Source of the DNA: Alphaproteobacteria bacterium
GTDB taxonomy: Bacteria > Pseudomonadota > Alphaproteobacteria > JAAXGF01
DNA length: 64,000 bases
Assembly: GCA_963555825.3 (NCBI GenBank)
Contig: CAUVXB020000001.1
Location: 128,001-192,000, forward strand
Reading direction: 5' to 3'
Part shown: piece by piece, positions 40,883-50,158 of the stretch
How the letters are laid out: every line of letters begins with the position of its first letter
How positions within the stretch are numbered: the first letter of the stretch is position 1
Translations under genes and position numbers: made by a program
Notes under the pieces: generated by a model
Seen by the model: the letters and a program-made list of their open reading frames with translations, nothing else
Databases searched by the model: none
Told to the model about the DNA's origin: nothing

Positions 40883-41347
40883 ATGATCGAAGTCAACGGG
40901 ATGGCGCACGTCATACTCACCGTGAGCCAGTTCGACAAAGCCCGCGAATTCTATTCGGCGTTGTTGCCGTCCTTCGGCATGGAGCTGATCCACGACGGCG
41001 CCGACTTCTGCTATCACGTCGGCGGCCGGACGGCGATCGGCATCCGGCCTTGCGACGAGGAATGCGCCGGCGAACGTTTCAACCAGTTGCGCGTCGGCCT
41101 GCACCATATCTGCCTCAGGGCCCGTTCCCGCGAGGACGTCGACCAGGCCGGCGCCAAGGCGGCCGAACTCGGCGCCACGATCGTGCGCGGCCCGCAAGAC
41201 GGTGACTGGGCGCCGGGCTACTACTACGTGCTGTTCGAGGATCCCGACGGCATACGCCTCGAAGTGAATTTCGTTCCCGGGCAGGGCTTGTTGAAGAAAG
41301 GCGCGCGGTTCGATCCCGGGACCGGTTATGCCGCCGAGCCGGCCTGA
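40883..41347 (+). CDS. VOC/glyoxalase family protein
   Basis: AHVILTV, GLHHICL, FEDPDGIRLE. Confidence 0.92.
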   Translation: MIEVNGMAHVILTVSQFDKAREFYSALLPSFGMELIHDGADFCYHVGGRTAIGIRPCDEECAGERFNQLRVGLHHICLRARSREDVDQAGAKAAELGATIVRGPQDGDWAPGYYYVLFEDPDGIRLEVNFVPGQGLLKKGARFDPGTGYAAEPA

Positions 41348-41596
41348 GGCCGCCGGCGCGCATATTCTCTCTGTCGCCGGACTTCGCGAGACGATAGGTA
41401 ATACCAAGGATCAGTGATAAAGACCCGTAGAGATCGCGTCCGCTTTTCGCCGGTGAGGCAAGGGAGCCGCGGGCGATGCAGCGCATCGGCTAGGCAACCT
41501 GACGCCCTCCAGCGATAAGCGGACGTGACCCGAAGGGCGGCGTGCCGAGGCTCCCGGACGTCGTTCCACCCATCTTGCGATGCCCCTCCTATTGCC

Positions 41597-42186
41597 ATGT
41601 GTGGACGGCTCCCTGTTGGCAAGAGATTTTGTGACGTTGATGCAAGCTGGTCGGGTGCTGCCATGTGTCCGGCCTTTTGGTGCGGCGTACATGTGTGGAC
41701 GGCTCCCTGTTGGCAAGAGATTTTGTGACGTTGATGCAAGCTGGTCGGGTGCTGCCATGTGTCCGGCCTTTTGGTGCGGCGTACATGTGTGGACGGCTCC
41801 CTGTTGGCAAGAGATTTTGTGACGTTGATGCAAGCTGGTCGGGTGCTGCCATGTGTCCGGCCTTTTGGTGCGGCGTACATGGCCGCTGGCCCTAATGCGA
41901 TCCGCGGGGTCGGGTCCCATGTGTGGACGGCTCCCTGTTGGCAAGAGATTTTGTGACGTTGATGCAAGCTGGTCGGGTGCTGCCATGTGTCCGGCCTTTT
42001 GGTGCGGCGTACATGGCCGCTGGCCCTAATGCGATCCGCGGGGTCGGGTCCCATGTGTGGACGGCTCCCTGTTGGCAAGAGATTTTGTGACGTTGATGCA
42101 AGCTGGTCGGGTGCTGCCATGTGTCCGGCCTTTTGGTGCGGCGTACATGGCCGCTGGCCCTAATGCGATCCGCGGGGTCGGGTCCC
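41597..42186. repeat. Tandem array of IS1111 right-end copies: 94+94+134+134+134 bp
   Basis: Units start with ATGTGTGGACGGCTCCC at 41597, 41691, 41785, 41919 and 42053. Confidence 0.97.
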
Positions 42187-42265
42187 AGTCATAAGCACGC
42201 GCTCGAGGCGCCGTGGCTATAGCGGGTTTTCCCGATCCTCGGTTCGACCGATTTTGCATTACGTC
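42100..42265 (-). ncRNA. Predicted bridge/seek RNA of the IS1111 element (boundaries approximate)
   Basis: Segments matching the donor junction (TCGCATTA ~ CCGCATCA; ACACATG) and the target (CTATAGCCA ~ CTATTGCCA; TATG) on either side of hairpins. Confidence 0.75.
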
Positions 42266-42308
42266 ACTTACACTCCGCCAAACTCGTGAACGCCTTGTTT
42301 TCGTCGGC

Positions 42309-43331
42309 CTAGGCCGTCGCGGGCCTGCGATAGGTTCCGCCATGTCTCAGAAGCGCCCAGGCAATGCGGGCGTTCTTGTTGGCCAGCGCCACGGCCGCGA
42401 CCTTGGTCGGCTTGTCGGCGATGATGTTGGCAAGCCATGGATCGGTCGTGCCGCGTCGCTTGGCGTGGCGGATGACCGTCATGGCGCCGGCGACCAGCAG
42501 CCAGCGCAGGTATTGATCGCCCTGCTTGGAGATCCGCCCCATGCGCTCCTTGCCACCGGTCGAGTTCTGTCTTGGCACCAGCCCGATCCAAGCGGCCATT
42601 GAGCGGCCCGATTTGAAGATCGACGGATTGGCAATCGAAGATGCCAGCGCGCTCGCCGTGATCGGTCCGATGCCGGGTGTGGTTTCGAGACGCAGGCTCT
42701 CTTCGTTCGTCCGGTGCCAGGCGTGGATACGCCTCTCAGCGCCGACGATCTCCCGCTCCAGCGACAGCAACTGCCGCGCCAGCCCTTCCAGGCAAGTCCG
42801 CGCCAGGGGCGGAATGCGCTCATCCGCCTCATCGCTGATCACCGCGAGCAGCTCCTTGACCTGCGGCAACCCGGTTCGCGCCACCACCCCGAACTCCGCC
42901 ATGTGCGCCCGCGTAGCGTTGACCAGCATGGTTCTCTGGCGGACCAGAAGCTCGCGCGTTCGGTGCAGCATCAGAACGCTCTGCTGCTCGACGCTCTTCA
43001 CCGCGACAAAGCGCATCGTCGGGCGCGTGACGGCCTCGCAAATAGCCTCCGCATCGGCAGCGTCATTCTTGTTCCGCTTCACGTAGGGCTTCACATAGCG
43101 CGGCGGCATCAGCTTGACCTCATGCCCAAGCGCCGCGATCTCCCGCGCCCAGTAATGCGCGGTCGCACATGCCTCCATACCAACCAGGCAGGGCGGCTGT
43201 TTCTCGAAGAAGGCCAGCACCTGACGCCGCCTCAACTGACGGCGGACGACCACGGTTCCCTCGGCGTCAACGCCATGCACCTGAAATACGTTCTTCGCAA
43301 GATCAACACCGATCGTGATAACTTCGTTCAT
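42309..43331 (-). CDS. IS110-family DEDD recombinase
   Basis: GVDLAKN, MEAC, KNDAADAEAI, GLVPRQNSTGGK, ISKQGD.YLR, ALANK.ARIAW. Confidence 0.97.
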   Translation of the reverse strand: MNEVITIGVDLAKNVFQVHGVDAEGTVVVRRQLRRRQVLAFFEKQPPCLVGMEACATAHYWAREIAALGHEVKLMPPRYVKPYVKRNKNDAADAEAICEAVTRPTMRFVAVKSVEQQSVLMLHRTRELLVRQRTMLVNATRAHMAEFGVVARTGLPQVKELLAVISDEADERIPPLARTCLEGLARQLLSLEREIVGAERRIHAWHRTNEESLRLETTPGIGPITASALASSIANPSIFKSGRSMAAWIGLVPRQNSTGGKERMGRISKQGDQYLRWLLVAGAMTVIRHAKRRGTTDPWLANIIADKPTKVAAVALANKNARIAWALLRHGGTYRRPATA

Positions 43332-43551
43332 GGACGGCTCCTATTTCCCTGTGGTTCATCGAAACCACCATTTTGGCACCTAGATGCCTGCGGGTGGGAG
43401 CCGTCCACCGCATCATACATGGGCATCGCCGCGACGGGCGCGCCTAGCCGAGAACCACGGCAAGCCGTCTCTATGGGTCTTTATCACTGATCCTTGGTAT
43501 TAGCCGGCCGCGCGAGCGCGCCCGCGGCAGGCGGCCGACAGGGAGGAACAT

Positions 43552-44721
43552 ATGCCGGCATTCGAAGCGGCGGAGTATCGCGAGCGCCAGGCCAAGACCA
43601 AGGCGCGCATGGCGGCCGAAGGCGTCGATGTGTTGCTGGCCAGCGACCCGGCCAACATGTGTTACCTCTCGGGTTACGACGGCTGGTCATTCTACGTCCA
43701 CCAGCTGCTCGTCGTCGCGCTCGACGCCGACGAGCCGGTGTGGATCGGCCGCGGCATGGACGCGGGCGCCGCCAAGGTGACGACCTATCTCGCGCACGAC
43801 GAGATCCTGGGCTATCCGGACGACTATGTGCAGTCGACCGAGAAGCACCCGATGGACTACGTCGCCGGCGTGCTCGAGGCGCGCGGCTGGGGCGGTCTCC
43901 GTATCGGCGTCGAGATGGACGCCTACTATTTTACTGCCGCCTGTCTCGCCGCGCTCGAACGCAACCTGCCGAATGCCACGTTCGTCGATGCCACGGGGCT
44001 CGCCAACTGGGTGCGCATCGTCAAGTCGCCGGCCGAACTCGAATACATGCGGCGCGCCGCGCGCATCGTCGAGCGCGTCATGGCGACCGCCTTCGACGCC
44101 GTCAGCCCCGGCGTCAGACAGTGCGACGCGGCGGCGGCGATCTATCAGGCCGAGATCAGCGGCACGCCCGAGTTCGGCGGCGACTACACCTCGCTGGTGC
44201 CGATGCTGCCGTCCGGCGTCGGCACCTCGACGCCGCATCTCACCTGGACCGAAGATCCGTTCGTCGAGGGCGAGGCGACGATCCTCGAACTCGCCGGTTG
44301 CCACCGCCGCTACCACTGCCCGATGGCGCGTACCGTGTTCCTCGGCACGCCGCCCACCAAGATGGCCGACACCGCCGCGGTCGTCGTCGAGGGGCTCGAG
44401 GCGGCGCTCGACGCGGTCGAGCCGGGCATGACCGCCGAGGCGGTCGAGGCCGTCTGGCGCGCGACCATCGCGCGCCACGGTATCGTCAAGGATTCGCGCA
44501 TCGGCTACTCGACCGGTCTCAACTATCCGCCCGACTGGGGCGAGCACACGATCAGCCTGCGCCCCGGCGACAAGACGGTGCTCGAGCCGAACATGACGCT
44601 GCACATGATCCCCGGCGTCTGGTTCGACGACTGGGGCATCGAGATCAGCGAGTGCTTCCGCGTCACCGAAACGGGTGCGGAGCCGCTCGCCGACGTGCCG
44701 CGCGAACTGGTCGTCAAATAG
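43552..44721 (+). CDS. doeA: Ectoine hydrolase DoeA/EutD (M24 family)
   Basis: YDGWSFYVHQ, WIGRGMD, YVQST.KHPM, GGDY, STPHLTW, YPPDWGE.TISLR. Confidence 0.88.
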   Translation: MPAFEAAEYRERQAKTKARMAAEGVDVLLASDPANMCYLSGYDGWSFYVHQLLVVALDADEPVWIGRGMDAGAAKVTTYLAHDEILGYPDDYVQSTEKHPMDYVAGVLEARGWGGLRIGVEMDAYYFTAACLAALERNLPNATFVDATGLANWVRIVKSPAELEYMRRAARIVERVMATAFDAVSPGVRQCDAAAAIYQAEISGTPEFGGDYTSLVPMLPSGVGTSTPHLTWTEDPFVEGEATILELAGCHRRYHCPMARTVFLGTPPTKMADTAAVVVEGLEAALDAVEPGMTAEAVEAVWRATIARHGIVKDSRIGYSTGLNYPPDWGEHTISLRPGDKTVLEPNMTLHMIPGVWFDDWGIEISECFRVTETGAEPLADVPRELVVK

Positions 44722-45001
44722 GCTCCGCCGGGTTACTCTAGCTGGCCAGGAAAACCACCCGGAGCCGCCGTCATGTTCACCACACGGCCCGAGATCCGCG
44801 GCACATTCGGTGTCGTGACATCGACCCATTGGCTGGCCACGGCGGCCGGCATGGCGATGCTCGAAAACGGCGGCAACGCGTTCGACGCGGCGGTCGCCAC
44901 CGGCGTCGCGCTCAACGTCGTCGAGCCGCACCAGTGAGGTGGTCCCAGAAAATCGGACAGGGAGCTAAGGTGTATTCCACCGGATAACGGAGGAATACGA
45001 G

Positions 45002-45283
45002 ATGACGAATCGACGCCGGTTTACGGCGGAATTCAAGGCCCGGGTGGCGCTGGAAGCGCTGCGGGGCGACAAGACGATCCAGCAGATCGCGGCCAAGCAC
45101 AAGGTGCATCCGAACCAGGTGAGCGCCTGGAAGCGCCAGGCGGTGGACGGTCTGGGCGAAGTGTTTTCGAACGGCGCCAACCGCGCTTGCCGGGATCATG
45201 AATCCGAGGTCCGCGACCTTCACGCCAAGATCGGCGAGCTGACGGTGGAACGGGATTTTTTAGCCAGAGGGCTCAAGCGATGA
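45002..45283 (+). CDS. IS3 transposase OrfA
   Basis: Homologous to 1961-2242. Confidence 0.93.
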   Translation: MTNRRRFTAEFKARVALEALRGDKTIQQIAAKHKVHPNQVSAWKRQAVDGLGEVFSNGANRACRDHESEVRDLHAKIGELTVERDFLARGLKR

Positions 45284-46209
45284 GCCGGGGGGAGCGCAAG
45301 GCGATGATCACACGCGACGCCCCCGAGCTGAGCTTGAGCCGTCAATGCCGCCTGCTTTCGATCGGCCGGTCCTCGTTCTATTATGCGCCCAGGGGGGAGA
45401 GCCCTTCGAGTCTGGCGCTGATGCGTCGGATCGACGAGTTGTTCATGAAGTACCCGTTCTACGGCAGCCGCCAGATGGTCCGCCAGTTGCGGCGGGACGG
45501 CGTTTGCGTCGGCCGTCACCGGGTTCGCAGGTTGATGCGATTGATAGGCCTGGAGGCGATCTATCAGGCGCCGAGAACCAGCGTGCCGCATCCCATGCAC
45601 CGGATTTATCCTTATCTTCTCAAAGGGATGGCTATCGACCAGCCCAATCGGGTCTGGTGCGCCGACATCACCTATATCCCCGTCCAGCGTGGCTTTCTGT
45701 ACCTGGTAGCGATCATGGACTGGGCGACGCGCCACGTTTTATCCTGGCGGCTGTCGAACACCATGGACGCTGGATTCTGCGCCGAGGCCTTGGGCGACGC
45801 GCTGGCCCGCTACGGCCAGCCGGAGATATTCAATACGGATCAGGGCAGCCAGTTCACCAGCCTCGACTTCACCGGCGTGCTCAAGAACGCGAGCATCCGC
45901 ATCTCCATGGACGGTCGGGGCCGCTGCATGGACAACATCTTCATCGAGCGCCTGTGGCGGTCTCTCAAGTATGAGGCGGTCTACCTACACGAGCTCACCG
46001 ACGGCTTCCACGCCGAACGGGTCATCGGCGAGTGGATCGGCTTCTACAACACCGAGCGGCCCCATTCGTCCCTCGACGGTCAAACGCCGGCCGAGGCCTA
46101 CGGGGCCGGTCAACCTGTGGATATGATGGACAAGGCTCGCGCCTTGCCCACATCCCCACAGGCTCAACAACAGCAACAGGATGTGATAAAAAGGATTTTG
46201 GCAGCATGA
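45280..46209 (+). CDS. IS3 transposase OrfB
   Basis: WCADITY, NTDQGSQF, IERLWRSLKYE. Confidence 0.95.
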   Translation: MSRGERKAMITRDAPELSLSRQCRLLSIGRSSFYYAPRGESPSSLALMRRIDELFMKYPFYGSRQMVRQLRRDGVCVGRHRVRRLMRLIGLEAIYQAPRTSVPHPMHRIYPYLLKGMAIDQPNRVWCADITYIPVQRGFLYLVAIMDWATRHVLSWRLSNTMDAGFCAEALGDALARYGQPEIFNTDQGSQFTSLDFTGVLKNASIRISMDGRGRCMDNIFIERLWRSLKYEAVYLHELTDGFHAERVIGEWIGFYNTERPHSSLDGQTPAEAYGAGQPVDMMDKARALPTSPQAQQQQQDVIKRILAA

Positions 46210-48140
46210 TCAAACAACGGAATACACCTTAACCGTGCTGCCAAACTGTCCAACAAAGTGGGACCACCTCACCAGAACGGCCCGGGTGGCGAGGTGCCGC
46301 TGATCGTCTACAGCGCCGCCAAGGACAAGGTCGAGGTCATCTGCGGTCAGGGTCCGGCTCCGGCGGCGGCGACCATCGACGCCTACCGCGACCTCGGCCT
46401 CGACATGGTGCCCGGCATCGGCCTGTTGTCCGCCGTCGTGCCCGGCTCGTTCGGTGCCTGGATGCTGATGCTGCGCGATTACGGCCGCTTGCCGTTGCGC
46501 GAGGTGCTTGGCCCGGCGATCGGCTATGCCCGCGACGGCCATTACGTGACCCAGCCTATCGCCGACGACATCGCCGCCGTGCGCGCGCTGTTCGAGGAGG
46601 AATGGACGACATCGGCCGATGTCTACCTGCCCGGCGGCGCGCCGCCCAAGCAGGGCGGTCTGATGCGTAATCCGACGATGGCGGCGACTTACGAGCGCCT
46701 GATCGGCGAGGCCGAAGCGGCGGGCGGCGACCGCGAGGCGCAGATCGAGGCGGCGCGGGCCGCCTGGTACGAGGGCTTCGTCGCCGAGGCGATCGACCGC
46801 TTCTGCCGTGAGACCGAGTGGATCGACAGTTCGGGTCGGCGCCACGGCGGTCTCTTGACCGGCGACGACATGGCGCGCTGGCGGCCCACCGTCGAGGACC
46901 CCGTCACTTACGACTACCACGGCTACACCGTGTGCAAGGCGGGACCCTGGAGCCAGGGGCCGGTGGCGCTGCAACAACTCGCGCTCCTCAAGGGCTTCGA
47001 TCTCGCGGGCATGGGGTCCGAGAGCGCGGATTTCGTGCACACCGTGATCGAATGCACCAAGCTCGCGATGGCCGACCGCGAGGCGTTCTACGGCGATCCC
47101 GACTTCGTCGAGGTGCCGTTCGACGTGCTGTTGAGCGACGCCTACAACGACGCGCGCCGCGCCCTGGTCGGCGCCGAGGCGTCGCACGAGATCACGCCCG
47201 GGTCAGTGCCGGGCCACGGCGCGCCGATCAAGTTCCGGCCCAAGGGCTCGACCGAGTTTGCCTACCGCGAGGCGCATGTCGTCGGCGGGCCGGCGCCGTT
47301 GCGCCGGCTCGACCGCGCGATCGCCACGGCGGTCGCATCGGCCAACGACACCTGCCACTTCGACATCATCGACGGCGACGGCAACATGGTGTCGGGCACG
47401 CCGAGCGGCGGCTGGCTGAGCGGCTCGCCGGTCGTGCCAGAACTCGGTTTCTCGATCTCGGCGCGCGGCCAGATGTTCTGGCTCGACGCCGACCATCCGA
47501 CCGGTCTGGCGCCCGGCAAGCGGCCGCGCACGACGCTGACGCCAGGCCTCGCGCTGCGCGACGGCGAGCCCTATATGGCGTTCGGCACGCTGGGCGGCGA
47601 CCAGCAGGACCAGTGGGCGACGCATGCCTTCCTGCGCCACGTCCACTTCGGCCACGACTTGCAGCGCGCGATCGAGGCACCCGAGTTCCACACCAAGCAC
47701 ACGCCGAGCTCGTTCTTTCCGCGCGAGTGCGACCCGGGCCATCTTGCCGTCGAGGCGCGCTTCGCCGAACCGGTGCTGGACGATCTCGCCGACCGCGGCC
47801 ACCGCATCGAGGTCTACGGCGACTACAGCCTGGGCTACGTCACCGCGGCCACGCGGGATGGCACGTTTCTCCGCGCCGGCGCCAGCCCGCGCCACATGCA
47901 GTGCTACGCGGCGGGTCGCTGACGAGGCCTAAAGGAAAACCCTCGGTCGGCTAGGTAATCATGCGGGATGGCGCGGCGCGCCCGTCTGGGTTACGACTGG
48001 ACTCGTTACATGGGTATGGCGAAAGCGACCCGTGCTGTGGGGACCGCGTCGGCGGGAAATTTTTCAGCGAAGCCGTCGGCGCCGGTCAGTTAGTATTACA
48101 ATAGCGTTCATGGGCTCCATTCCGGCCCATCGTCAAGACG

Positions 48141-48187
48141 ACGCCCGTCCCGGTCCGGTTCCCCCCGCCGGGGCGGGCGTTTCTTTT
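48141..48187 (+). terminator. Rho-independent terminator, possibly ending a small RNA
   Basis: 13-bp stem ACGCCCGTCCCGG / CCGGGGCGGGCGT followed by TTCTTTT. Confidence 0.8.
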
Positions 48188-48250
48188 GTCCGCGGTCGAC
48201 GCCGCTGGGCGATAGCGTCGTGGCGCTGGTATGGGTATTCTGGGTTGGCT

Positions 48251-49522
48251 ATGCCGACGATTTGCCGCGATTGCGCAACCATGTTCGAAGCCAGCGATGG
48301 CGTCGCGGCCTGCCGCGACTGCGGCTCTTCGCGCCTCGTCGCGCACCCCGAAGTCGACGCCCTCGCGATCGCCCATCTCGATTGCGACGCCTTCTACGCC
48401 AGCGTCGAGAAGCGCGATGACCCGTCGCTCGCCAAGCGGCCGGTGGTGGTCGGCGGGCGCCACCGCGGCGTCGTCGCGGCGGCGTGCTATGTTGCCCGAA
48501 CCTACGGCGTGCATTCGGCGATGCCGATGTTCAAGGCGCTGCGCGCCTGTCCCGACGCCGTCGTTATCCTGCCCAGAATGGCGCACTATCAGGCGGTCGG
48601 CCGCGAGGTCCGCGCGTTGTTCGACGCGGTCACGCCGCTGGTCGAGCCGATTTCGATCGACGAAGCCTTCCTCGACCTCACCGGCACCGAACGGCTGCAT
48701 GGCCGGACACCGGCGCAGACACTGGCGATGCTGGCCGGGCGCATCGAGCGCGAGATCGGCATCACCGTCTCGGTCGGTCTGAGCTACAACAAGTTCCTCG
48801 CCAAGGTCGCCTCGAACTTCGACAAGCCGCGCGGCTTCGCTGTAATCGGCCGCGCCGAGGCGGTCGACTTCCTGTGCCACCAACCGGTTGCCATCCTGTG
48901 GGGCGTCGGCAAGGCGCTGCAACGCCGCCTGGCGCGCGACGGCATCGCCACCATCGGTGATCTGCAGGGCATCGACGAACGGGTTCTGGTCGCGCGCTAC
49001 GGGCAGATTGGCCACCGTCTGGCGCGTTTCTCGCAGGGCCGGGACGAGCGCGCCGTCGATCCGAGCGGCCCGGCCAAGAGCATCTCGGCCGAGACCACGC
49101 TGAACGCCGATCTCGACAGCGCCGAGGCGCTGCGCAGGGTGCTCTGGCCGCTCTGCGAGAAGGTCGCGACAAGGCTCAAGCGCGCCGGCCTCGCCGGCGG
49201 CGGCGTCGTCCTGAAGCTCAAGTCGGCGCGCTTCCGCCTGCGCACGCGCAGCCACCGACTGGCCGACCCGACCCAGATGGCCGAGACGATTTACGAGGTC
49301 GCCGAGACGCTCTTGGTGCGCGAGACCGACGGCACGCGCTTCCGCCTGATCGGTGTCGGCGTCGAACATCTCGTGCCGGCGGCGCAAGGCGATCCGCCCG
49401 ACCCGTTCGACCCGGCGCGCGACCGCCGCGTCACGGTCGAGCGTACGATGGACGATTTGCGTGAACGCTTCGGCAAGGCGGCGATCGCCAAGGGCCGCGG
49501 CCTCGACCGCGCGCCGAATTGA
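48251..49522 (+). CDS. dinB: DNA polymerase IV with an N-terminal CxxC..CxxC extension
   Basis: HLDCDAFYASVE, ACYVAR.YGV.SAMP, ISIDEAFLD, KFLAK.AS. Confidence 0.95.
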   Translation: MPTICRDCATMFEASDGVAACRDCGSSRLVAHPEVDALAIAHLDCDAFYASVEKRDDPSLAKRPVVVGGRHRGVVAAACYVARTYGVHSAMPMFKALRACPDAVVILPRMAHYQAVGREVRALFDAVTPLVEPISIDEAFLDLTGTERLHGRTPAQTLAMLAGRIEREIGITVSVGLSYNKFLAKVASNFDKPRGFAVIGRAEAVDFLCHQPVAILWGVGKALQRRLARDGIATIGDLQGIDERVLVARYGQIGHRLARFSQGRDERAVDPSGPAKSISAETTLNADLDSAEALRRVLWPLCEKVATRLKRAGLAGGGVVLKLKSARFRLRTRSHRLADPTQMAETIYEVAETLLVRETDGTRFRLIGVGVEHLVPAAQGDPPDPFDPARDRRVTVERTMDDLRERFGKAAIAKGRGLDRAPN

Positions 49523-49553
49523 CACCGAAATGACAATGAGAAAGGCAGACGCC

Positions 49554-50132
49554 ATGTCGCGCATCGACGTCATCCTCGATTTCTGGTTCGGCCGCCCCGA
49601 CGACGCGGGCTACGGCGGGAAGCGCGAAATCTGGTTCGAGAAGAACGACAATTTCGACGCCGAGATCCGCGAGAACTTCATGACCGACTACGAGGCCGCC
49701 AAGGCGGGCCAGTTGGACCCGATGCAGCGCACGGCGCGTGGCGCGCTGGCGCTGGTCATCCTGCTCGACCAGTTCCCGCGCAACATGTTCCGCGGCGAGG
49801 CGCGCGCCTTCGCGACCGACGGTCAGGCCCGAGAAGTGGCCGGCGCGGCGATCGCCTGCGGCTTCGACAAGGCACTGACGCCGGTCGAGCGGCGTTTCTT
49901 CTACCTGCCTTTCGAGCACGGCGAGAACCTGGCCGACCAGGCGCGCTGCGCGTGGTACATGCGCGAGCATCTACCGGCGGACGACGAGCGCGATCAGTCG
50001 ATCGAATACGCGCGCAACCATCGCGTCATCATCGAACGCTTCGGCCGTTTCCCGCACCGCAACGCGGCGCTCGGCCGCACCTCGACAGCCGAGGAGATCG
50101 CCTTTCTCGATGAGCCCAATTCCAGTTTTTAA
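49554..50132 (+). CDS. DUF924 family protein
   Basis: LDFWF, LDQFPRNMFR, FYLPFEH.E, RFGRFPHRN..LGR.ST. Confidence 0.95.
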   Translation: MSRIDVILDFWFGRPDDAGYGGKREIWFEKNDNFDAEIRENFMTDYEAAKAGQLDPMQRTARGALALVILLDQFPRNMFRGEARAFATDGQAREVAGAAIACGFDKALTPVERRFFYLPFEHGENLADQARCAWYMREHLPADDERDQSIEYARNHRVIIERFGRFPHRNAALGRTSTAEEIAFLDEPNSSF

Positions 50133-50158
50133 TTATTTGTACGGTGATCTTTGACTTA

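Larger units (their letters stand above)
41596..43416 (-). mobile_element. IS110-family (IS1111 group) element including amplified right ends
   Basis: 13-bp subterminal IR GTGGACGGCTCCC (41601) / GGGAGCCGTCCAC (43396); CAT core at both junctions; long 3' non-coding end. Confidence 0.93.
41402..43499. mobile_element. MITE copy 2, carrying an IS1111 insertion
   Basis: TIR TACCAAGGATCAGTGATAAAGACCC / GGGTCTTTATCACTGATCCTTGGTA; collinear with 30746-31025. Confidence 0.9.
44935..46271 (+). mobile_element. IS3-family element (1337 bp), diverged sister of 1894-3230
   Basis: TGAGGTGGTCCCA...TGGGACCACCTCA; 4-bp TSD CCAG. Confidence 0.96.
44773..47922 (+). pseudogene. Gamma-glutamyltransferase family protein interrupted by IS3 (rebuilds to 602 aa)
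   Basis: MFTTRPEI.GTFG, GGNAFDAAVA, VVEPHQ|NGPGGE, DTCHF nucleophile, PGKRPRTTL. Confidence 0.93.

Noticed and set aside
41597-42186. CRISPR array
   Set aside because: Units are 94/134-bp copies of an IS end with no unique spacers, and there are no cas genes in the window.
41326-42343. Repetitive ORFs (e.g. 41326-42120, 41411-41986)
   Set aside because: These are translation artefacts of the tandem array and MITE.
48000-48250. Alphaproteobacterial LexA box upstream of dinB
   Set aside because: No GTTC-N7-GTTC or GAAC-N7-GAAC match was found.
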